This document shows positions 54,880 through 61,996 of a stretch of DNA of 64,000 nucleotides, piece by piece; the first letter of the stretch is position 1, and each line of letters starts with the position of its first letter. Where the stretch lies: positions 4,859 to 68,858 of the forward strand of contig JAZKFB010000053.1 of NCBI GenBank assembly GCA_040386695.1, read 5' to 3'. Below the pieces are notes generated by a model. It was not told where the DNA came from. It saw nothing but the letters and a program-made list of their open reading frames with translations, and did not search any database. The position numbers and the translations under genes are program-made. The stretch is from Verrucomicrobiota bacterium. GTDB taxonomy: Bacteria; Verrucomicrobiota; Verrucomicrobiia; Verrucomicrobiales; V1-33.

Positions 54880-55282
54880 TCCCACTGGTTCAGTAAGATA
54901 TCGCCACTAGGCCACCTCGACAAGAGGAGCTGGTATCCGCGGGTTCCACCGAACCCCTGCCCGAACCCTAACTCTTGTCACTTCCAAGGTATGACTTCAC
55001 CCACCTCCGCCTCCCGGGCCGCACGATGTCGCGGCTGAACCGTTAATTTCCCTGATCCGCACCCCGCCCCGGCGGAAACGGCTTATCAAAGCCCGGTCAC
55101 CTAGGGCCCGCAGGTTTCCCGTCCCGGGACATCCATGGCCACAACCCCGGCGGACAGATCCGCCGGCCACTGACAAAACCTCTTCCCCTTCGACGCCGGG
55201 AAGCAGGAAATTTCAAGCACCGCCAAGCATTCCGGCGTGCTTCGGCGTCGATTCCCGCAACCAAATCCATCCTTTTCATCCC

Positions 55283-58200
55283 ATGCAATCCAGGAACATT
55301 TTTCTCCGCCCCGCCGCTCTTCCCGCCACCCTGCTGATTCTTGCCGGGGGCTTCACGCCGCTGTGGGCCGCCCCCCAGCTTTACGATTTCAACCATCAGC
55401 TTCCGGCGGAGCTGAGCATTTTCGGCAGCGCGTATGTTTCGGACACCGGCAGCCACGACAACAGCGGTTACCTCAGCCTCACGGACGCCGTGGCCACCAA
55501 AGCGGGCGGAGTGCGTTTTCCGGCTCCGGCAGGCAATCTTGACCAGATCCGTGTGAAATTCAAAGCCCGCATCTCCGACGGCTCGCAGGCGGACGGTTTC
55601 AGTTTCACGGTTTCACCCGATCTTCCGGCCGCCGCCGGCAGCGGGGAAACAGGGTATAAGCCCAATACCGCGAATCCTCCGCGCTTTATTGTGGCTTTCG
55701 ACACATTCAGCAATGGAGGCTCCGACTTTGTGGGAATATCTGTCATCGTGAACGGGAAGGTGATCGCCGATATTCCGACCGGCGTGGACACCATCCCTCC
55801 GCTCTACAACGACGCCGGGGAGTGGGCGGATGTGGATATTAATTTAAAACGTTCCGGCAAACTCACGCTGGTTTTCGGAGGTGTCACCCTCCTTGAAAAT
55901 ATCCAGACAGGATTTGAAGGCATCGACAGCGCCCGCATCGGGCTGGATGCCCGCACGGGCACCAATTTTGAGACTCACTGGTTCGATGACATCTCCATCG
56001 ACTTCACCGATGGCGATGCCGGTCCTCTGGCCATCGGCGCGGAGAGTGAACTGGCCAGTCTCACCAAATTCGAAGGCAATCCCGTCCGGTTTTCGGTGGT
56101 GCCCACCGGCACGGGACCCTTCACCTATCAATGGTCGCGGAATGGAACTCCCATCGACGGCGAGACCCGGCGCGTCCTGCATCTGGCGGGCGCGCTGGCG
56201 GACGCGGCCAGCTACAGTGTCAGGGTCTCCAACGGAACCGGGGATGTCTCCAGCACCCCCGCGGTTCTGACCATCACCCCGGACCTCGCCGCCCCGCAGC
56301 TGGTTCAGACCACGGCGGTCGGCGGCACCGTGAATCAGATCACGCTGGTTTTCGACGAGAAGCTTGATTCCGTCACCGCCGGGGAGGTGACGCATTACGA
56401 TGCCGGAGCCCTGGCCATTCTCTCGGCAACCTTGGGCACGGACGGAAAAACGGTGGTGCTGACAACCGCCCCGCAGCAGAACGGGCAGAATTACACACTG
56501 AAAATCACGGGGCTCAAAGACCGGTCCGTGGCCGGAAACCCGCTCACCGCGAACGCCGCGTTCACCGGTCAGGCGGTTTATAAAAGCGAGGTCCTGAGCG
56601 ATTCCCCGGTGCGCTACTGGCAGTTTGAGGAATCGGAGGGCTCCACCGCCGCCAGCGTCGCCTCGGGGGCCAACACCGATCCCGCCGTGCTGGCGGCCAC
56701 TTTCCAGAGTGGTGAATTCACCACTGTCACGCCTGCTCTCCTGGCCTCCCAGGCCGGCGGCAAAGCGGTCGCGCTGAGTTCCGAACTCGGCCAATGGCTG
56801 CTGGTGCCCAACGCCACGGACATCAACAGCGGCGGCCCGTATGCCAAAAAAACCGTCGAGCTGTGGATCAGACCGACCACGGTTCCGGCGCCGGAAATCT
56901 CGGGCGTGGACCTGGCCTCGCTGTGGGAGGAGGGAGGAGGGGACCGGGGGCTGAATCTGTATCTCTGGAAAAATCCCGAAAACACCGACCCGGACACGGT
57001 TTCCCTCGTTTTCCATGCCTATAACCGTCTGGCGGACGGCGGCGGTTCACCCTTCGGCCTGACGGCCAAACCGGCGGTTTATGCCGAATATCCGGGTATC
57101 AAAGCCGAGCAGGTTTACCACATCGCGGCGGTGCTGGACGGCGATAACACCGGCACCAACGGCAATCTGATCCTTTACGTCAATGGTCTCGAAGTGAAAC
57201 GCGCCCCCGCCGCCGGACAGCTTTACGGCCATGGCTCCGATATCCGCATCGGCAGCGGCAACGGCCGCATTCACACCAGCACCTCCGGGGCGCTGGCCTC
57301 CTTCGACGGTGTGATTGATGAGGTCGCGCATTATAATAAAGCGCTCAGCGCCGAGCGGGTCGCCGCCCATTATTTCATCGGCACCGGCGCCTCCAACACC
57401 GGCACCGTGACCATTGAGGCCGGCAGTGACCTCGCGGCCAAAACGACCGCCGAGAACTCCCCGGTGGAATTCAGCGTCACCCCCGGCGGCAACGGACCGT
57501 TCACCTATCAATGGTATCTGAATGGCACGGCCCTGCCCGGCCAGACCAGCCGCACCCTTTCCCTGACGGGAGCCGCCGCCCAGGCGGGCTCCTACACCGT
57601 GAAGGTCGCCAACGGCAGCCACTCCGTGACCAGCGCGCCCGCCGTGCTGACCGTGACTCCCGACCTGACTCCGGCGGCCGTGACCTCCGTCGCCGGACTG
57701 GCGGGGCATCTCAATCAGGTGCTGCTCACTTTCAGCGAGCCGGTGGATCCGGTCACCGCCGCGAAGGCCACGACCTATACCGCCGCCGGGCTCACCGTGG
57801 TGTCCGCCACCCTGTGGCCGGATGGAAAAACGGTGACCGTGCTGACCAGCGCCCAGCAGAAGGACAAGGACTACACCTTCGCCATCAGCGGACTCCGGGA
57901 CCTCTCCGCCGCCGGCAACGCCCTGACGCTTTCCGTGCCCTTCAAATCCGCGTGGGACTACCGGTATGAAATTCTGGCCGACGCCCCGGTGCGTTACTGG
58001 CAGTTCAACGAGGGCGTGGGCGCCACCTCCGCCAGCGCCGCCACCGGGCTGGACACGGATCCCGTCGCCGTGAGCGCCACTCTGAGCAGCGGCGAGTTCA
58101 CGGGCACCGGCTCGCTGCTGCCCTCCGATCCCGATGGTTTCGCCGCCGCCCTGGATGTTCTTCAGGCTCAGTATATCAAAGTGCCCAACGGTTCCGACCT

Positions 58201-58978
58201 CAACGCCACCAAGGGTCCCTGGGCCAAAAAAACCATCGAGCTGTGGTTCAACGCCAACACCCTGCCGCCTCCCGGCGCTGAAGGTCTGGCCGCCGCCTAC
58301 GGCCTGTGGGAACAGGGGCAGTTCACCCGCGACATCGCGGTCTATCTCTGGCGGAATCCGGAGGATCAGGATCCCGGCAAAGTCTCGCTGGTCTTCCACG
58401 CCTTCAATGATTCGGCCACCGACGGTCCCGGCTCGCCTTTCGGACTGAGCGCGAATCCTCCCGTTTTCGTGGAATACAAAGGCATCCAGGCGGCGAAAAC
58501 CTATCATGTCACCGCGGTCTTTGACGGCGACAGCACCGGCACCAGCGGCAATCTGATTCTCTATGTGAACGGCGTGGAGGCCGGCCGCACGCCAGGCGCC
58601 GGGCAAATCTACAACCACACCGGCGATGTCCAGATCGGCCAGGGCAATGGCCTCATCCACAGCCTCGCCAGCGGGACCCTGCTTTCCTTCGACGGCACCA
58701 TCGATGAGGTCGCCCACTACAACACCGCCCTCAGCGCGGAACGGGTCGCGGCCCACTATCAGACCGGCAGCACGCCCTCCGCCAGCGTTGGCGGCCCGGT
58801 GATCCGCAATATCAAAATTCAGGACAGCTCCTTTGTCATCACCTGGACCGGCGGCGGCATCCTGCAGTGGGCCAACGTTCCCGGCGGCCCTTATTTTGAT
58901 ATCCCCAGCGCCACCAGTCCTTATACCGATCCTATCCACACCAGCGCCTCCCGCTTTTACCGTCTGATTGTCCGCTGA
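55283..58978 (+). CDS. secreted L-type-lectin-like + 2 x [I-set Ig + Ig-like + LamG/ConA] protein
   Basis: Signal peptide. Legume-lectin-like YLSLTDA...ADGFSFTV...IVAFDTFSNGG. Two ~460-aa tandem units each carry GPFTYQW..NGT, PDL(A/T)(A/P), VRYWQF(E/N)E and NLILYVNG(L/V)E...DEVAHYN.ALSAERVAAHY. The tail is FVITWTGGGILQW...SRFYRLIVR. Confidence 0.85.
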   Translation: MQSRNIFLRPAALPATLLILAGGFTPLWAAPQLYDFNHQLPAELSIFGSAYVSDTGSHDNSGYLSLTDAVATKAGGVRFPAPAGNLDQIRVKFKARISDGSQADGFSFTVSPDLPAAAGSGETGYKPNTANPPRFIVAFDTFSNGGSDFVGISVIVNGKVIADIPTGVDTIPPLYNDAGEWADVDINLKRSGKLTLVFGGVTLLENIQTGFEGIDSARIGLDARTGTNFETHWFDDISIDFTDGDAGPLAIGAESELASLTKFEGNPVRFSVVPTGTGPFTYQWSRNGTPIDGETRRVLHLAGALADAASYSVRVSNGTGDVSSTPAVLTITPDLAAPQLVQTTAVGGTVNQITLVFDEKLDSVTAGEVTHYDAGALAILSATLGTDGKTVVLTTAPQQNGQNYTLKITGLKDRSVAGNPLTANAAFTGQAVYKSEVLSDSPVRYWQFEESEGSTAASVASGANTDPAVLAATFQSGEFTTVTPALLASQAGGKAVALSSELGQWLLVPNATDINSGGPYAKKTVELWIRPTTVPAPEISGVDLASLWEEGGGDRGLNLYLWKNPENTDPDTVSLVFHAYNRLADGGGSPFGLTAKPAVYAEYPGIKAEQVYHIAAVLDGDNTGTNGNLILYVNGLEVKRAPAAGQLYGHGSDIRIGSGNGRIHTSTSGALASFDGVIDEVAHYNKALSAERVAAHYFIGTGASNTGTVTIEAGSDLAAKTTAENSPVEFSVTPGGNGPFTYQWYLNGTALPGQTSRTLSLTGAAAQAGSYTVKVANGSHSVTSAPAVLTVTPDLTPAAVTSVAGLAGHLNQVLLTFSEPVDPVTAAKATTYTAAGLTVVSATLWPDGKTVTVLTSAQQKDKDYTFAISGLRDLSAAGNALTLSVPFKSAWDYRYEILADAPVRYWQFNEGVGATSASAATGLDTDPVAVSATLSSGEFTGTGSLLPSDPDGFAAALDVLQAQYIKVPNGSDLNATKGPWAKKTIELWFNANTLPPPGAEGLAAAYGLWEQGQFTRDIAVYLWRNPEDQDPGKVSLVFHAFNDSATDGPGSPFGLSANPPVFVEYKGIQAAKTYHVTAVFDGDSTGTSGNLILYVNGVEAGRTPGAGQIYNHTGDVQIGQGNGLIHSLASGTLLSFDGTIDEVAHYNTALSAERVAAHYQTGSTPSASVGGPVIRNIKIQDSSFVITWTGGGILQWANVPGGPYFDIPSATSPYTDPIHTSASRFYRLIVR

Positions 58979-59046
58979 TCCGTTTTTATTCAAACCCCTC
59001 CCGCCCCAGGCCGCCTTCCGGTTCCTTTGAATCAGGAGGCGGCCTC

Positions 59047-59080
59047 CGGCGGGAAATCCGCCGCTTTCTCTTTCCTTTTC
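59047..59080 (+). terminator. possible intrinsic terminator after the lectin/LamG gene
   Basis: CGGCGG gaaat CCGCCG (59047-59063) followed by the T-rich CTTTCTCTTTCCTTTTC. This is a short 6-bp stem, so support is only moderate. Confidence 0.35.
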
Positions 59081-59119
59081 ACCACCGGCTCCAGTCCCTC
59101 ACCTTATTCCCCGCGCGCC

Positions 59120-61843
59120 ATGATCCGCAACTTTACCATCCCCGCCACGGCCCCGCTCACGCTGAGCCTGAGTCTGAGCCTGAGTTTGTTCCTGCTTCCG
59201 GCGGTGACCGGCAGGCTTCAGGCCCAGGAAAACGAAATCAGCCCCACCCTCGAATTCTTCGAGAAAAAAGTGCGGCCCATCCTCGTCAACAATTGCTACA
59301 GTTGCCACTCCGCCGACACCAAACCCGCCGGCGGTCTCCGCGTGGATGATCTGAACGGCCTGCTCCAGGGCGGTGATGAGGGGCCCGCCGTGGTGCGTGG
59401 CCAGCCGGAAAAAAGCCTGCTTCTGGAACGCGTGAATCACAAAAACGAAAAGCGCCGCATGCCCCAGGACAGCGATCCCCTGACAGCGGAGCAGATCGCG
59501 GATCTGACGACCTGGATCAAAGACGGAGCCGACTGGCCCCGCGAACGCATCCCCGCCTCCCTGGGCCGCACCAAACCCGAGTATGAAAAGCTGAAAGCCA
59601 ACCACTGGGCCTGGCAGCCTCTGACAAGTCCGGCGGTGCCCGCTGTCGCGGATGCCGACTGGCCGAAGTCGGACGTGGACCGCTTTGTCCTCGCCAAACT
59701 GGAGGAGAAAAAATTGCCGCCAGTCGCCGACGCTGATCCCCTGGCCCTTCTCCGCCGCATCACCTTCGATCTCACCGGACTCCCGCCCTCGCCCGCCGAA
59801 CTCGCCGATTTCCAGCGCGATCACTCGCCCGAAGCCTACGCCCGCCTGGTGGACCGTCTTCTGGCCTCGCCCGCGTTTGGCGAACGCTGGGGACGGCACT
59901 GGCTGGATATTGCGCGCTTTGGGGAATCCACCGGTCCCTCGCGCAACATCCCCTATCCCCACGCCTGGCGTTACCGCGACTATGTCCTGGATGCCGTGAA
60001 CCGCGATGTTCCCTTCGACCGCTTCCTCCAGGAACAGATCGCCGGCGACCTCCTGCCTTCCGCCACGCCGGAGGAAAAGGACCGTCTGCTCACCGCCACC
60101 GGTTTCCTTGCCCTGGGCGTGAAGGATGTGAACCAGCGGTTCAAAACCCGCTTCATCATGGACAACGTCGATGAGCAGATCGACACCGTCAGCAAGTCCG
60201 TGCTCGGCCTCACCGTCAGCTGCGCCCGCTGCCACGATCACAAATTCGACCCCATTCCCACCAGGGATTATTACGCTCTGGCCGGCATTTTCACCAGCAC
60301 CGACGACTGCGCCGGGGTGAAGAACAAGATGGGCGGCGGCGGGCTCGACTATTACGTTCCCGCCATGCTGGTGCGGCTTTCCACCGGAGAGGCCGCGCCC
60401 TCCGCCGGGGAGCTGGAAAAGCTGAAAAAGGAAACCGCCGAGGCCAAGGAAAAATGGGACGCCATCCGCGGCACGCCCGAAGGCTTGAAACGAGCCCCCA
60501 ACGGCCAGCCGACGCAGCGCCCCTTCCGCCTGAAATACGAACGGCTCCAGGCGCAGCTGAATGAACTGTCCAATCCCGCGGGCCGCGCCGATGCCGTGCA
60601 TGGCGTGCGCGACGCCGCCGCCATCGCCGACACCGAAGTGCGCATCCGGGGAGAAGCCGAACGCCTTGGGCCCACCGTCCCGCGCGGTTTCCTCTCCATC
60701 TTCAATGTCCCCGGCGCTCCGGCGGTGAACCCCGCCCAGAGCGGACGTCTGGAACTCGCCCAATGGCTCACCAGTCCCAACAATCCGCTGACGCCGCGTG
60801 TTGCCGTGAACCGCATCTGGCAGCACCTGTTTGGCGAGGGCATTGTCACCAGCGTGGATAACTTCGGCGTCACCGGCGATGTGCCCTCGCATCCGGAACT
60901 CCTCGATTTCCTCGCCCGGAAATTCCTGGAAAACGGATGGTCCACCAAAAAACTGGTCCGCGAACTGGTGCTCACCCGCAGCTACCAGCTCGGCACGGAG
61001 GCCCCGGAGGCTCAGCACAACACCGATCCCGCCAACCGCTTCGTCTGGCGGCATTCCCCGCGCCGTCTGAGCGCCGAGGAGATCCGCGACGCCATCCTCA
61101 CTTCCAGCGGCAGCCTCCAGAACAAACCTCCCGGCGCCTCGGCCGCCAAGGAATTGAAAATGATCGAAATGCGCGACAACGGCCAGGAGGCGAAACTCAT
61201 CCACACCAAGGCCGACACCGCTGAATACCGCAGCGTTTATCTGCCCCTGCTGCGCGGGGTCACCGCCGCATCCCTGGAAGCCTTTGATCCCGTCACCCAG
61301 TCCATGGTCACCGGCCGCCGCGACGCCACCACCGTTCCCACGCAGGCGCTGTATCTGCTCAACTCCACCTTCGTCCGCAGCCAATCCCTGGCCTTGGGCG
61401 AAAAAGTGGCCGCCGGTCACGACCGCTTCGACGCCGACTGGCTGGCCGAAGTTTACCAGCGCGTGCTGGGCCGTCAGCCGAATGCGCAGGAAATCGCCCG
61501 GGACGTCCAGTTCCTCGCGGGCTACGCCGTCACCTGGAGCGAGGCCAATCCGCCCGCGCCGCCCGCTGTCCCGGCCGCACCTGCTCCCGCTCCCGTTCCA
61601 GCCAATGCCGGAACCGATGAAAAACCCGCCGCTGCCGCAAATGCCAATAATAATAACAACACCGGCGCCGGCATCGCCGCAGCCGCAGCGGCAGTCGCCG
61701 TGGTGGTTAATCCCGACGACATCCAGCGCGAGGACGAGCGGGCGCCGGAAGCCGTCATTCAACCCAAATCCGCCCGCGCCGCCGCCTGGGCCGCCCTCAT
61801 CCAGGCGCTCTACGCCTCCGCCGAATTCCGCTTCGTCCGGTGA
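59120..61843 (+). CDS. PSCyt1 + DUF1549 + DUF1553 (PSD1) protein with CxxCH motifs and a low-complexity Pro/Ala/Asn insert near the C-terminus
   Basis: Start at Met 59120 (MIRNFTIPATAPLTLSLSLSLSLFLLPAVTG signal). The track ORF starts at 59027 but overlaps the putative terminator. CYSCH (59294-59308) in NNCYSCHSADTKPAGGLRVDD. RRITFDLTGLPPSPAE. SCARCHDHKFDP. Confidence 0.9.
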   Translation: MIRNFTIPATAPLTLSLSLSLSLFLLPAVTGRLQAQENEISPTLEFFEKKVRPILVNNCYSCHSADTKPAGGLRVDDLNGLLQGGDEGPAVVRGQPEKSLLLERVNHKNEKRRMPQDSDPLTAEQIADLTTWIKDGADWPRERIPASLGRTKPEYEKLKANHWAWQPLTSPAVPAVADADWPKSDVDRFVLAKLEEKKLPPVADADPLALLRRITFDLTGLPPSPAELADFQRDHSPEAYARLVDRLLASPAFGERWGRHWLDIARFGESTGPSRNIPYPHAWRYRDYVLDAVNRDVPFDRFLQEQIAGDLLPSATPEEKDRLLTATGFLALGVKDVNQRFKTRFIMDNVDEQIDTVSKSVLGLTVSCARCHDHKFDPIPTRDYYALAGIFTSTDDCAGVKNKMGGGGLDYYVPAMLVRLSTGEAAPSAGELEKLKKETAEAKEKWDAIRGTPEGLKRAPNGQPTQRPFRLKYERLQAQLNELSNPAGRADAVHGVRDAAAIADTEVRIRGEAERLGPTVPRGFLSIFNVPGAPAVNPAQSGRLELAQWLTSPNNPLTPRVAVNRIWQHLFGEGIVTSVDNFGVTGDVPSHPELLDFLARKFLENGWSTKKLVRELVLTRSYQLGTEAPEAQHNTDPANRFVWRHSPRRLSAEEIRDAILTSSGSLQNKPPGASAAKELKMIEMRDNGQEAKLIHTKADTAEYRSVYLPLLRGVTAASLEAFDPVTQSMVTGRRDATTVPTQALYLLNSTFVRSQSLALGEKVAAGHDRFDADWLAEVYQRVLGRQPNAQEIARDVQFLAGYAVTWSEANPPAPPAVPAAPAPAPVPANAGTDEKPAAAANANNNNNTGAGIAAAAAAVAVVVNPDDIQREDERAPEAVIQPKSARAAAWAALIQALYASAEFRFVR

Positions 61844-61846
61844 AGA

Positions 61847-61991
61847 GGTGAAAGGGTTCAGGGTTCAGGGTTCCGAGCCATCCGGCTGAACTCCCGGCCT
61901 GAGCCCGGAAGCCTTTCCTTCCCCAAAACCTCCCGCCTTTTTCCCGAATCCACTTGTTCTTCCTTAACCCTGAAACCTGAACCCTTTAACC
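61847..61991. repeat. inverted GGGTTCA-heptamer arms spanning the DUF1553/DUF1501 spacer
   Basis: 61847-61873 GGTGAAAGGGTTCAGGGTTCAGGGTTC versus the reverse complement of 61965-61991 (GTTAAAGGGTTCAGGTTTCAGGGTTAA). This is about 23/27 complementary, with a ~90-nt loop. The right arm ends 5 nt before the DUF1501 ATG. Confidence 0.55.
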
Positions 61992-61996
61992 TCCTT

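Noticed and set aside
54851-54880. Sigma-54 type promoter (GG-N10-GC) near the candidate promoter of the lectin/LamG gene
   Set aside because: The spacing between the GG and GC dinucleotides is 17 nt, not 10, and no enhancer-binding-protein gene is nearby.
54895-54915. GCCACT string resembling the cobalamin-riboswitch B12 box
   Set aside because: Only a 6-nt match (GCCACTAG rather than GCCACTG), no surrounding conserved cobalamin core, and the downstream gene has no B12 link.
59027-59119. Upstream extension of the DUF1553-B ORF (start at 59027)
   Set aside because: The extension overlaps the hairpin and T-rich tract after the preceding gene and encodes non-signal sequence (MNQEAASGGKSAAFSFLFTTGSS). 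Met 59120 gives a normal signal peptide directly.
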